64,000 nt of DNA from Camelus ferus (GCF_009834535.1 NC_045697.1:46750001-46814000); one strand, 5' to 3'; positions 1 to 13,639 are shown, counted from the first letter of the stretch. Notes: generated from the letters alone by a model not told the origin. A program made the numbers and translations.

Positions 1-1
1 C

Positions 2-946
2 TATGGCCAAATGAAAACTGGGACCTTAGAAGGTGTGCCAATATCTGGGTGTTTGGGGGACCAGTCCGCTGCATTAGTAGGACAAATGTGCTTCCATGAA
101 GGACAAGCCAAAAACACATATGGAACTGGCTGTTTCTTACTATGTAATACAGGTCGCAAGTGTGTGTTTTCTGAACATGGCCTTCTGACCACAGTGGCTT
201 ACAAACTAGGCAAAGACAAGCCAGCATGTTATGCATTGGAAGGTTCTGTTGCTATAGCTGGTGCTGTTATTCGCTGGCTAAGAGACAATCTTGGAATTAT
301 AAAGACCTCAGAAGAAAGTGAAAAACTTGCTAAAGAAGTAGGTACTTCTTACGGCTGCTACTTCATCCCAGCCTTTTCGGGGTTATACGCACCTTATTGG
401 GAGCCCAGTGCAAGAGGGATAATCTGTGGTCTCACTCAGTTCACCAATAAAAGCCATATTGCTTTTGCAGCATTAGAAGCTATTTGTTTCCAAACCCGAG
501 AGATTTTGGATGCCATAAACCGTGACTGTGGAATTCCACTCAGTCATTTGCAAGTGGATGGAGGAATGACCAACAACAAAGTTCTTATGCAACTGCAAGC
601 AGACATTCTGCATATTCCAGTAATAAAAGCCTCTATGCCTGAAACATCTGCACTGGGAGCTGCCATGGCAGCAGGGGCTGCAGAAGGGGTGAACGTTTGG
701 AGTCTTAAACCTGAGGATTTGTCAACTGTCATGATGGAACGGTTTGAACCACAGATCAAGGCCACAGAAAGTGAAATTCGTTATTCTACATGGAAGAAAG
801 CCGTGATGAAGTCAATGGGTTGGGTTACAGCTCAGTCTCCTGAAAGTAATGAACCCACTATGTTCTACACTTTGCCCTTGGGTTTTTTTATAGTGAGTAG
901 CATAATAATGTTAATTGGAGCAAGATACATCTCAGGTATACCATAA
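2..946 (+). CDS. GK2: Glycerol kinase 2 (testis-type retrogene of X-linked GK), 5'-partial; CDS begins upstream of the window
   Basis: Frame is open from position 2 ([21 protein letters not shown]...). FGGY kinase motifs [34 protein letters not shown] and ETSALGAA are present. The hydrophobic tail [24 protein letters not shown] is followed by TAATAA. There are no introns across a region that is multi-exonic in GK, and the gene lies upstream of NAA11 on the same strand as in human. Confidence 0.95.
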   Translation, partial: YGQMKTGTLEGVPISGCLGDQSAALVGQMCFHEGQAKNTYGTGCFLLCNTGRKCVFSEHGLLTTVAYKLGKDKPACYALEGSVAIAGAVIRWLRDNLGIIKTSEESEKLAKEVGTSYGCYFIPAFSGLYAPYWEPSARGIICGLTQFTNKSHIAFAALEAICFQTREILDAINRDCGIPLSHLQVDGGMTNNKVLMQLQADILHIPVIKASMPETSALGAAMAAGAAEGVNVWSLKPEDLSTVMMERFEPQIKATESEIRYSTWKKAVMKSMGWVTAQSPESNEPTMFYTLPLGFFIVSSIIMLIGARYISGIP

Positions 947-1109
947 TAACAACCAAGCCTGGATTCCCAAGAAGTGAGCTTTTCACAAAATGAAAAAAAT
1001 CCAGCAATTCTGTCTCTTAATGTGATGACGCTATCACAGACTCTGATTTTATTTATAAACCAATTGCTGTGTGACTTATGAAAACCCTACAAGTAGACCT
1101 GTGGCTAGA

Positions 1110-1115
1110 AATAAA
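1110..1115 (+). terminator. Candidate polyadenylation signal of GK2
   Basis: First AATAAA, about 165 nt after the stop, followed by a GT/T-rich tract (tgtgttttttt at ~1151). Confidence 0.5.
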
Positions 1116-2049
1116 CAAATTACAACAGAAAGCACTCTAGAAACATTTGATGTGTTTTTTTAACATGGGCAGTTAAAGTCGGGTCAGCCACTGGGAGTTA
1201 ACCCTCTCCACCGTCATGAAATCCTCCTGCTCCACGCCCTCTAAAATGTAGAATATTCATATTCTGCCTGTGGAATTCTTCATCAAACATTTTCTAACAC
1301 TTACGGACCAGGATTTGGTTTTCTGCTACACACTCTTGATTAAGAGGTGTGACTAACCTGCTAAAACTGAAGGCCATCTTGTTACAGTTGTCATCATTTT
1401 TAATGGACCCCAAAGTCCTCCTTTGTACATATTAGGAAAACCACAATACCATCATTGAATGTATAATGGAAACATAATTTTTTTTTTAAAGTAGAAACTT
1501 AGTTTTCTCATAGGTTAGATATTTTCCAGGAACATATTTGTCAAGTAAAATTCTTCATACATTTTACATTTTAATTACACTGATTTGCTGTGTAGATCCT
1601 ATACTGAGAAGGACGTGTTTTCCTTTGTTTTTTTTTCTTTTCATCTTTCCATTTTATGTACTTTACTTGGTATGTCTAACATATATGCTTATATACTTCA
1701 CACAGAGTAGTCTATTTATAAAGTAAGTTATATGAAGGGTAGTGTTAGCTGGACCACTACATATACAAATATTTTAGGGTAAACATTTATACATATTTTA
1801 GAGCAATGAGTATGCATACTATTTATCAGAAGAAACTTTTTTTAAAAAGAGGTGGCATTTAAAGTTTAAGTATAGTTTATGTTGGTAAAAAAAAGTGTGT
1901 TATGATTTCAACTAAATTTCTTACACCTTAACGTTTTTATTTAATTGCTTTAGCTGGATATATGCTGGGGGAAAAAAAGGAAAAAGCTGTGGAATACTAC
2001 AGTAAGCACTATTTTCAAGCAGGAAAAGAGAACTGGTTGCTCAAACAAA

Positions 2050-4020
2050 ACTAATAATATAGTATGGAGTTTAAGCATATGTAAAAGAAAACAAAAATAG
2101 CAAAAAAAAAAGTTGAAAGTAGATAAATGGGAGTGTAATATTGTAAGGTTCATATACTATATGGGAAGTGGTATAATATCATTTGAATTACTGCTAATTA
2201 AATACTTTAAATACTAAAAAAACAAAACAAAAAGTTAAAATTGATAAGCAAAATGAGGTACATAAGCCAGAACTATAAAAATATCCATTTGATCCAAAAG
2301 AAGGCAGGAAACAGATGAAAAAGGAAAAAAAAAAATAGATAGGAGAATGGAAAACAATAGTAGGAAAATATATTTAAACCTAACAACACCAGTAAGCACA
2401 TTAAATATAAATGGTCTAAATACCTCAAAAGGCAAGATTGTCACATTAGATCAAAAAGACTCAACTATATACTGCCTCCAAGGAACATGTTTCAGAAAAA
2501 AAAATAGTCAAAAAGAAAAAGGATTAAAAAAAGATATACCATACTCTTATTAATGGAAAGAAAGCTGAAGTGGCTATGTTAATATCAGAAAGCGAATTTC
2601 AGAGCAAAGAATGTTATCAGTGATAGACAAGGTCATTTTGCAATAATAAATTAGCGTCAATTCATTAAAGAAACATAACAATCCTAAATATTTATACAGC
2701 TAATAACAGAGCTTCTCCATTCTGCCCTTCGGTTTTTTTTTTATAGTGAGTAGCAAAATATATAAAGTAAAATCTGACAGAACCGAAAGAAAAAGGAGAT
2801 AAATCTACAATTATACTAAGAGATTTCAACATCTCCTCCACATTTAATAGAATATATAGACTAATAAGATATAGATTTGAACAATACTACCAACTTAACA
2901 TATAACATACCACCCAACAATAGGAGAATACATATTCTTTTCAAATGCATTATGAAACATTCACCAAAGTAGACCTCATTTAGGCCATCAACCAAGTCTC
3001 AATGAATTTAAAAGGATTTCATATAAAGTATGCTGTCTGAGCACTTTAGAATTATAAATCAATAAAAGGTTTCTAGAAATCCCCAAATATTTGGAAAGTA
3101 AATAAGTTTTTAAATAATCCATGAGTTGAAGATATAAAAAGAAATAGAAAATATTTGGAATGAAAATACAACATATCAAAATTTGTGAGATACTACAAAA
3201 GCAGCACTTAGAAATTTCTGGGATGAAAGGCCTATATTAGAAGAAAGCCAAGGTTTCAACCTCAACTTCTATCCTAAGAAACTGGAAACAGTATAGCAAA
3301 TTAAACACAAAGTAGGTAGAAGAAAATTAATAGTGAGGAACACAATAATCAATGATATAAAAATAGAAAAACAATAACAAAAATCAATATAACCAAAAGT
3401 TGGTTTTTGTATAAATAAAAAATTGATTAACTTTAAGCCTAGACTGGACTAGAGAAAACAGAAGGATGACAAAAATTATCACTATCAGAAATGATAGTGA
3501 TATCACTATAGCTCCTAAAGATACTGAAACATACAGAAATATTGTGAAAACTTCATGCCAGTAAATTGACAACTTAGATGAAATGAACAAATTCCTTTGA
3601 AAACACAACCTTCCAAAACTCAAGAAAAAACAGATAACTTGAATGACTTTATATCTATAAGACATATTGAATTTCTAATTTAAAATCTTCTCACAGAAAA
3701 CTACAAGCCCAAATGGCTCAAATGATGAAGAAAAAACACCCATCCTACAGGAACTCTTCCAGAAAACTGGAAAGGAAGAAACACTTCCAAAATCATTCTA
3801 TGTGGCCAAGATGACAGCATTATTCCGATACAAACACCAAAGATTACCAAAAAAAACCAAAAACCTGCAGGTCAATATTCTTTACAAAATTTTTACCAAA
3901 TTAATCTAAAAATACCTAAAAAGGATAAGACATTATGACCAACAGGGAGGAATGTAAAGCTAGGATAATGAATCAGTGTGATTATGTCTTAATATACTTC
4001 ACCATATTAAGAAAGAAAAA
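2050..4020 (+). mobile_element. Old L1 (L1M) fragment, ORF1-end/ORF2 endonuclease-to-RT region, decayed
   Basis: A-rich strand. ORF 2347-2553 (TLNINGLN...TIYCLQGT) matches the L1 ORF2 endonuclease N-terminus, and 'gacaacttagatgaaatgaacaaattcct' (~3568) is a typical ORF2 segment. Confidence 0.85.
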
Positions 4021-4775
4021 CTGCATGCGATATAACTACACACTGATTAGAATGCTTAAAATTAAAAAGAAAAAACATATCAAGTTTGGTAAAGACTTGA
4101 GAGGAACTGAATCTCCCATATGATTCTACTGAAAATGTAAAATGATTACAAACATTTTAGAGAACAGTTTAGTAGTTTCTTAAAGAACTAAATAAACATC
4201 TATCACATTATCCTAGGTATTTACCCCAGAGAAATTAAAACACATGTCTATACAAAGATTTGTTCATAGCACTTTACTTGTTATAGCCAAAAACTGGACA
4301 TAACTCAAGTGTCCGCCAGCAGGTAAACAGATAAACCATGATATGTCCATACAACGGAAGGCTACCCAGCAACTATTGATACACACAACATAGATGACTT
4401 TTAAAATAATTAAGTTGAGAGAAATAAGCCAGACAAAAAGGAGTATATACATAGTGTTTGATTCCATTCATATGCAATTGTAGAAAATGCAAACTATTAT
4501 TTAATGGCAGAGAGCAGATCAGCGGCTACTGGAAAACTGGGGGAGTGTCAGAGGGATGGGAATGAGGAGCGGGCAGGAAGGAGAAGGAGGCATGATTACA
4601 AAGGGGCACAAAGAAAACTGGGAGGGATGAATATGTTCATTATACTAATTAGGTGATGTTTCAAGGGTGAATATATTTGTCAAAATTAATCAAATTGAAC
4701 ACTTTAAATATGTGGCAGTTTATTAGATTATATATATTATATATTTACTATACCTCCAAAAAACATTTAAAAAAG
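4021..4775 (+). mobile_element. Old L1 3' end (L1MC/ME-like)
   Basis: 'ctaggtatttaccccagagaaattaaaacacatgtc', 'gttcatagcactttacttgttatagccaaaaactgga', 3'UTR-type sequence and A-rich tail at ~4757-4781. Confidence 0.8.
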
Positions 4776-7700
4776 AAAAAATTATCTCAAACTCTGAAGG
4801 ATTATAACCAAAGTTTGCTCAAGTCGGTTAATCCTTTCTCTGTCATGCATACTGATGTATCCTCTGCTTCTATGGTCTGCTAGCATGGGGTGTGCCAGTT
4901 CCTGTCACTAGGTCTATGAGCTTGAAGTCATTTGTGTGATTAGGCTGGAGAAATACATGATAATGTCTAGTATCATTTAAAACAAATTAATTTCCCATTT
5001 CATTTATCTGTTCATAATTCTCAGTCTGGCACCCATTGCAAATGACCTTATGAAGAGTCACAAACAAAGATGTCATAAGAAAATCAAGCTAAAAGTCCTC
5101 AAACTCAGTATCTCATTCTCATTTCTTCAATATTATACTCCTGTGATTACAGCTGTCCCTTTTTTTTATATCTTTGCCTTTATAAGTCTCATTTTCATAA
5201 TTTAACATATATGATATTGGTAAATTACAGTACTCTGCCCCAAGGCTATAAAGGAGTTTCTGTATATTCTATTATAAAATTAGCTAATTAATAATTTCTC
5301 TATATTGCCACTAAGCAGAACTACATGGTTAAATTATGATGATGGGGTCTCACCACACACATGTTATGAAACAGCAAGTCATCATTTAACATCAGGCGTA
5401 TGTGTGAGTGAGAGAGCACAAGCTCGAACACTTACCAGGAGAATGAACAGCAGCTAATTCTGAGACTAGTTTCCAAAGATGCAGTTTGCTAACTAAAACA
5501 AGTAAGTTATGGCTGTGAGGGGAGGGGGTCAGTAAGGAGGGGGAGAGAGAGGAAACCAAAGCCATGTAAGGAAAGGAATGTTAGAGGTACCCAAAGAAAA
5601 ACAAGCTGTATTAGTAAATCTAATTAAAGACATCCTATGTGGTATCCACATAGAAGCAGCTCTAGGAGTGGCAACAGTATACACCAGACTTGAAGGGTAA
5701 GCGACTTCCCCTCCTTACCGAGAGAATCCTAAATTATTATGTTTGTGCCTTATTTCTGGTGCTTATATTATCATTTTGATATTAATACCCATAAGCTCAC
5801 AGGGAAGCTATTGATTCACTCTCTGGTAAGCCCTTGTTCCCAACACATAAGTATAAACATTATAGTAAACAATCCCCATTTAGTTGGAACATTATGAATC
5901 TACTCTATGACTGTTAGATATGGAAAATTTGTTTTCAAGCCTTTTTTTAAATCATGTGAACTAATAAGATCCCCTAGGGCAATCTTACAGCAAAGTCTAG
6001 AGTAAATACAATACCATCTCAGTCACCCACAGCTCTATGGTCTATTCTGATTGTTTCAATCAAAACAAAATGAATAAACTTAACATTTAAATATCCCCCC
6101 ATAGTTTCCATCAACAACCTTTACAGTTCGATTTATTTGAGCCTTGGAGAAATTGCATGTGATCTTTGTCCTCTATGTGTTTAGCATACATTACAGTTCA
6201 TTATCATATCAGCCCTTAATAAACTGATTTATTTTACAAAATGAAAAGAAAAGAAGGCCTTGACCTTTGGTAGGAAAAAAGTAAAGGGTGATAAGACTAT
6301 TAATTATCTTATATTAAACTATGAAATTCAGTTCATTGTAAACAATCCACAATTCTTTCTTATATTCAGTTACTAAAGGATGTTTTTCAATTATCATAGG
6401 AAATCTAAGTTCGAAAAACATTTGCAAAACCAAAACCAGTGAGAAGACACTGAGTTTATGTCGACACTAGTAGCTTCAAGAGAGAGCTAGGCAAAAACCA
6501 AGATAAAAAATTTTCTAATGATTGCAAATAAGGATAACACAGATCTGTACAGCTTTCACTCTGAACTGAAAGAGGCAACATGCTTAATTACATGTCCCTG
6601 TTTCCACCTTTGTATGGCCTTAGCGAAGTGACCAGAGCAGAGGATGAGTAGACACCTTGGAGCAGGAAGCTTTGATTAGGGGGAGCCTCTCTCTCTTTCT
6701 CTCTGGTTGTAAGGTTTGCATTTTACTGAGTAAACTAACCACTACTTCCCAGTTCTCTTTCAAACAGGCCACGGTTATCTACCATTAGCTCAGTTTCACA
6801 GTTGAGAACAATGAGGGAAAGAACAAGAAAATCACCTTCCCGATCCAAAAAGGGTATAGCTTTAGAATTTAAAAGATGATTCATCTGGAGAATATGATTA
6901 CTTGCCTAGAATTTAGTATTTTCGAGAACAATGTTCTCAACGAAAACTCCAAGACCGCTTTCACAATGAAAGAAGAGCCTGTAGGAGGATGGGGCTTGAC
7001 AGAACACCTAGCTCAACATCTTCTAATACAAAAGAAATGAAAATTTTAAATAATTAACTAGATGTCATAAAAACATGTTGGGAGCAAGAATAAAATCTAA
7101 GTTTTTATCTTCTAACATTCCCTTAGCTTCATCCAACTGGTAAAGCTCTTCTTGAACTTTGTCTACCTCAAAGAACTCTGTTATGACTTTTTACAAGATG
7201 AAAGTAAATGCAATAATAACTTATGAATTTCTTATGAAAGTCAGAATTATGTCTTGGCCAACAAATAATTTGGTGCACACTCACAGATCGTACACACATA
7301 CGATGTTTATGGCCCCTATAACTTAGACACATTCTGGAAGATTATGAACTATAATATAATCATTTTCTGTTCTCCAGTGATTTTCTAGTCCTGAAAAAAA
7401 TGTTTACAGACTCTTTGGGGAGCCATTTCCTTAATCATAAAACATGGGAGAAAATTGGGGGTGAACTGGTAGATGTACTATTCCTTTCTACATCCAGGGC
7501 TTGCTACCCATCTCCCAAAAAATGATATCCTTTGAGACTTACCTGTTCATCCCTTCAGTTCAGGGAGAGACAGAAATTTCTTCTTCCTCCACCTCCTCTT
7601 CCTCTCTTCGTCCTCCTCTTTGTCTTTTTCTTTTTCCTGAAACAAATCCATTGAGTCATATCGTATGGTATTTACTACTCGTATTCACAGACATCAAAAA

Positions 7701-8771
7701 GACGGCAATCTGTTTAATATCCTGCAGATGAACATGCACTAAAAAGCAGCATTGGCAATCAGGCACTCACTGCCCACTGGGCACCAAGCAGCAATGTGCT
7801 AAAGATCTGGCGTGTTGTCCCATAGAGAAGAATGACTTTCATTACAATTGTATCAAAAACAAATTATGTACCAAATGTTTGCCTAGATAAGTACTTGGAA
7901 GATCATTTATCTTTCATTTCATCCCCTCACAGCTTCCACATTCCAGTGCTACTGCTGTCAATACTTTCTTTGCCTGTTTACATATATGTTCCTCTCCCAT
8001 TTGTTTCTGTGAGTTGACTAGTTTCACCTCATACCAGCCTCAGTGTATATTATGAGAATCATACAATGCCTCCAAATAAAAAGAACATGGACAAAAGGGG
8101 CATAATAAATCTTTAACAAAATAGTTTCTATAGCTTCTCCTCTTGTCTCATTTTGCCATGTAATTGGAGAATGGAAACATTCACTTTACATTTTCCATCT
8201 GTTAGACACTGCTAGAAGATAACATAAGACTTAGAAAGACAAAACTTTAAATTTAAAACAGATCCCTAATAAATTTTAGCAAGAAATTAGAGATCTTACA
8301 TGTCAGGCCACTTCTTCTAAACATTTAGAAACTGGGGTCCAAAGGAAGAGATGGTCCAAGGTCTCTGAGCTGTTTTGTGCCTGGAAATGCTGGGATTAGA
8401 ACCTGGGCTGGGGGGGGGGGGGTCTTCTCTAAATATGCCAAATTTTCTTTGAAGATTTCACTTTTAAAAACAAAAACTGCTGATTTTCGCTAAGATGAGA
8501 TTTAGAGATATTTAGAAATGCTGTGGCAATTGCACAGGATTTTCTCCTCAACATTCAGAATTAAGTTCCTGGGAACCATCCTGGAGGAACTTATTTTAAA
8601 AGGTCTCTACTCTGTTTCTTCCCCTTCATTCACACTCTTAGTTCAAGCATCATCATTAATGGTGCCTGATACACTACAGTCACCAAACTTTTCCTTCCCA
8701 TCTCTCAGATTCATCGTCTACATTTCCACCATGGTTCTCCCTCCCTTCCTGTTCCCTTCCCATCTCTGTCT

Positions 8772-9510
8772 CTGACTTTACATAATTTATTGTTTCTTTT
8801 CCAGCACCCCAGACCCGTTGGAATGCCTCCCCGCCGCCACCCCCACCCCGTCATCGCTGCCCTCATAAGGAGCCCGTGGGATTGCGGGCCTCCGGGCCTT
8901 CTTACCTCCAGGCAGAGCCTTCTCGGTCTTTCAGCTGCAGGAGCTGTTGAGAGGCACAGGAGGGCAAGAGGGGCCGATCTCCACCTCCTCGTTCTCTCCA
9001 AGCCCTGCTGGTGGTTTTCATGAACGTTCTTTGGGCTTCTTCCTCTAGTCGCTGCTCCACAACAGAGAATGTTTATGAGCTCTGACCTTTTGATCTTACT
9101 ACACGGGTTCTTAATTACCTGCGGATGCGGGCAGTCAAGGTAACGACTGGGGCCTCCAGGATGCTGGGGTCTTCAGGTCGGCCGCGACCCTGTTCACCAG
9201 CTGCTCGGGCCTGACTTTCAGCCACGTGTTCCTTTTCGCATCTCCAAAGACCAGCGTCTATTCCTACATGTCAACGCTCCTGTTCCTGAGATGTTCTGGC
9301 GGTCCTGGAGCGGCGCGGGAGGAGGAGGAGAAGCCTCCCCCGCCCCGCGGCTGGGCGTGTAGACAGACACAACCCTGGGCCAGCGCCCGAGACGGACTAG
9401 AACGCGAAGCCGCCTCGGTGCGGCGCCCTACGGTGGCCAGCAGGGGCCACGCGGCCGCTCCGACCTTCGTCGCCTTCAGGGCTTCGCGCTCTGACCCGAC
9501 AGCCCTCCTG
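8772..9510 (-). pseudogene. Processed pseudogene of mitochondrial ribosomal protein S15 (MRPS15-like), heavily frameshifted
   Basis: Manual minus-strand translation gives colinear fragments PPPAPLQDRQNI, SLEM, LKVRPEQLVNRVAAD, ILEAPVVTLTARIRR, AHKH and KAL. These match recalled MRPS15 segments PPSTLLKDYQNV, SLEM, LKIKQEQFMKKIVANP, SLEARIIALSVKIRS, AHKR and KAL. No introns; AATAAA on the minus strand at 8786-8791 at the expected 3' end. Confidence 0.78.
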
Positions 9511-10364
9511 AAAACAAAGATCTGACCATTTCACCTTACCGCTTTAGATGTGCTGATTGCACCATTTCACAGATACACTAAGTAGCGTGGCATTTAAGGT
9601 CCGAACACCTATAGTCTGTCTTGGACCCGTTCTACTGGATTCCCTTCTCTTGTCTGGTGATCTTTTCACCCACCGGGCTGCTAGGTCTTCCTAGGAGCTG
9701 TCAAAGGATCTCTACACTTTTTCTAGGCAGACAAAATTAGAGATGTAAAATACGACTATGTTTATGGTGTTTTCACCTTTCACAGGATGAATATCATTCT
9801 TTCGTCTTAAAAAGCAGATGTTATCTTCACTAGTTAGGGGTGATAAATGGGATTCTTGGTGAGATTTAAAGGTCTGAGAAGTATGTCATTAACCTGTCTT
9901 AGAAATCAGTTACTGCGTTATAATTTTTCAGAAAGTATAATAACTACTTACTTCGGTTTTTAGTATTTCTCGTTCTATGCATAGCTTTTCATTAGTTTCC
10001 TTCACTTAACCCTACTGCATTCTAAAAATAACTGTACCTCAGTCATATTTATCAAATTTCCTTATTTTTAAAAGCCCTTATATCCAGTCCATAATGCCTA
10101 CCATTTATTCCAAAATCAATTTTTAGTTACCCTTTGTCTTTTTTTCTAGTTTCATGCTTAGTTCAGTTTACAATAGCTAATTCATATGTGAGTTTTCTTT
10201 TCTAACCTTTAGTTTCTTCTCACTGACCACAAGAAAAATTTCTGAATAAAGAGGGTTTATCCTTGTAGTAATAATCTCTCATAAAAATCAGATTACCAGC
10301 CTTAGTCTGGTCATATAATAAAACTTATCAATGAATCAATCCATAATATTTGTTAAATTCCCCC

Positions 10365-10843
10365 TGTGAACGAAAAATACTGCAGACCATATCAGTGGAC
10401 AATGAATGCTGAAGCCATCAAGTCATCAGTGGCTGCCGCCACCCCCCAGTAAAGACAAGCCTGCAGCCCAGCCTCTGCAGCCACTCACAATGGTGCACTC
10501 TGAGGGGACTCAGAATAAGAAAGGACAGGATACTGGCCCTAGATAGCTAGGTGCTTGTCAAAGGAATGAATTCAATGAGCCCAAATGTTTGCTTCCTCCC
10601 ATACATAGAAAAGCACTAAATTTTTTAACTTGAGATGCCTGGTTTTCTTTAGATAACAAGTGATCTTTTATTGTTCCAATTACCTGGTCTTTGTTGTAAA
10701 GCTCCTATATATCCTACCTCCTTCTCTACCTCTTAGAAGCAGTCCCTCAGAGCGATCTGAGAGGCTGTCATCCTGGCTTGAGTCCTCCCGCCAAATAAAA
10801 CATAACTCTTAACTTTTAGGCTGCGCATTTATTTTAGTCAATA
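10365..10843 (+). mobile_element. Solo LTR of an ERV1-type endogenous retrovirus
   Basis: Starts TGTGAA and ends ...AGTCAATA (degenerate CA end); CCCC 4-bp target-site duplication on both sides; TATA-like 'cctatatat' ~10704 and AATAAA ~10795; interrupts an L2-like 3' end. Confidence 0.75.
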
Positions 10844-10949
10844 CCCCTATGGTAGGCACCATGGGAAATATAAAAGTGGGAACTACATGGTACCTCCCTT
10901 CCAAGACTTTATAATCTAGTAGTGGTAGTAAGTTGTATACAGAAAAGGC

Positions 10950-11078
10950 TAAAAGTTCTGGAAATGTACAGTAATGACAGTTGTACAATTATGTGAATGT
11001 ACTTAATGCCACTGATTGTACACTTAAAAATAGTTAAAATGGGAAATTTAACATTATGTGTATTTTACCACAATAAAT
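10950..11078 (+). mobile_element. L1 3'UTR terminal fragment (L1MB-like)
   Basis: 'gtgaatgtacttaatgccactgattgtacacttaaaaatagttaaaatgg...tattttaccacaat'. Confidence 0.8.
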
Positions 11079-12679
11079 TTTTTTTTTAAATTTTCCTTTT
11101 TTATGGTTATCAACTGCCCAGAGCTGATTTAAGTAACTTCCAGTACCACGTCCTGGATCACACTTCTTATGTAACATATAACTTACAAATGGTCCTTATA
11201 TTGACAATTTCTAAATAGTTTGTTTGCTCTTCTCCAGATCTATATATCCCTTCTGATTTTTATTAAAATGTCCTATTCCTCAAAGAACAAGGTTCAGAGG
11301 TATTTTGTTTTCAACAGGCAACTTAAAAAAATACTTCCCTAGAAACATGGTAACATTTGCTACCCTGAAAATGTTTGAAACCAGTAAACTACAGACCAAG
11401 TGAAATTCACTCACCACGCCTCAGTTATAATGGCATACTCGTTTAGCTGCATTGAAATGAAAATCTGGCTGATTAGGAACAATCAGAGAACAACAGAGGA
11501 GAAAAACAAAGGGGAGAGACTGAATGACCCATGGTAGGATTCTCATTAGAACGTCCCCAAAGAAGTCTTAGGACACAGGGTTCACTGTGCTGCTTCAATT
11601 ATTCTCGTCTTCGTTTCTAGGAAAACATACCCTAATGATGAAGAACTTGCATTTTATGTACTGCAATATACTCTCGAAAGCTAGTTAGTTTGTATGTCTT
11701 TCAATGAGGTATATTATCCATAAAGCAATAGTTTAAATTTTCAATATTCCTTGCATAATAAACCTGAATAATATGCATTTCCATTTCCAGAATCTTTAGG
11801 ACTCTGAAGTGAGAGTTTTTCATCAGAGAGAGATTTAAGTCCTTCTCCCTGACCCTTGTCTATTCCCTTTCTCACATCTTCCAAAAAAATGGGCACGACC
11901 CCAAGTGTGGCTCTGAAACTGTTGCTTTGTAAAGATACCCATCTGTTCCTTTCATTGTCTCCCTAGTCATATCTGACTGGGTTTGGGATGTCCAAATCCA
12001 TTTCTGTTATTGTCAACACTACAGAGCCAAGAACTCTTTGGACAAGTAACTGCATCACAAGCTATGCCTTATGTGTCCTCAAAAGAATTGCCCTTGTCTG
12101 CATCCAGAACCTTTATTACAGGAGAAAATGTGGAACACTCAGCAAGAAACAATGCATTCAATGTTAGACCTGCTATAAAAACAGACATTTTAAAATATAA
12201 ATACCAGCTGACAGAAAACAAAACATGTCAAATATCCAACAAATATGACATTTTAAACTTGACCTCCTAATGTGCTGGTATTTCAGAGGTTATTATTTTT
12301 CATGCATGTTTTAACCAGAATCTATAAACTATATGAAAAGACATCATTCCTGTTTATTCTCCTCTAGAATGTAATCACAGGGCCAATTTTTTAAAAAGCA
12401 ACAGAAAAATTTGTTGAGCTGGAGGTTTTTTGGTTTGCTTCTTTAAATGAATAAGCATAGACATTAGTTTTATTGTTTTTATTCCCAGAGATTTTCTGGT
12501 CAATCTTGAGTTATAACTTGCTACTGAGTTGCTGCGTCTTAAAGCAGAAATATTATAGAAGTACAGTTTTTGATAAGTACTTCCATTTTCACAAATAGAA
12601 AATACTACCGGTTTTCCAATAGATCCAAATAACTACAAGATAGAAAACCTGAGACAGTGCTATGACCTCACTAGACTCA

Positions 12680-12850
12680 TTAATCCAGCTGTCATTTACT
12701 GAATGTCCAGTATGTGCCAGGTATTGTGTCCACTAGGCAGTGGGATGACAAAGATGTATGAGACACTTTAACTTTGGAGAATGCACTATCGTGCAGTATA
12801 AGCAAACAAATGTAAAACTGTGATAGCTACTCTCCCTGGGGCTACATCAG
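12680..12850. mobile_element. L2 3'-end fragment
   Basis: 'catttactgaatgtccagtatgtgccaggtattgtg' L2 tail signature. Confidence 0.55.
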
Positions 12851-13639
12851 ACTGGGGATATAACCAAAGGCAACAGAATAATCAATGTTATTTCTTAAAG
12901 GTGTCTCATGAAATACCATCTCCCCAAGCCCTTCGCCTCTGGTCATTGACTGGTTGCTCCAGCCTTCATGCTGAGGTCACTGACTTATAGCAAAAATGAT
13001 GAGGAGTGGTCGATTCACAGGAATGCCATTTGCTTTGCTCCCTGTTCTTTACACCATCTCTCTTGTACCCTTTTCTCTGTAGGCAAGTAGTCCTTGCACC
13101 ACTGGGGACTAGAAAAACCACAAGATTTCTTTTCCTTTCCACATCCAAAGAACACTTTGAAATATCCAAACTGGAGCCCCATCACCAAAAAGTTTGATTT
13201 AATTTGTTGACTTTTTTAAATTATGAAAATGACTCTTACCTGCAGCCAGATTTGAGAGCTGTCTGCCTGAGTGCCGGCTCTCATAACCTCTTTGATTCGA
13301 CCACCCAAGCCAGGGCACAGTCAGCGCAGCGTCTCGAGCCTCAGCTCCTCGAAGGGACTTCTGGCTCTTGGCCTTTCCATCTCTTGCTTCTGGGCTCTAA
13401 AACTGATTCTCAGCAGGCCAAGAAAATGACTGAGGTGAGACATTCTGGTCCTTCAAGTCCTCTAATATAGAAGGCATTATCCCATCTCCATCTCCCCACA
13501 GTTTCCAGTACTTGACAGAAGTCCTCCGTCCCAAGTAGAGCAAGGGCAGTTGCTCAGTTGTGTGAGCAAAGATACCCAGGTTTGGCTAAGCCTGAGTTGG
13601 AATACTATCACATGCAACTGTAGCTAATATATGCTACCC

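Noticed and set aside
8711..9525. ORFs 8711-9001, 8790-9023 and 9226-9525 as novel genes
   Set aside because: By-products of GC-rich pseudogene sequence; the MRPS15 similarity hops between frames.
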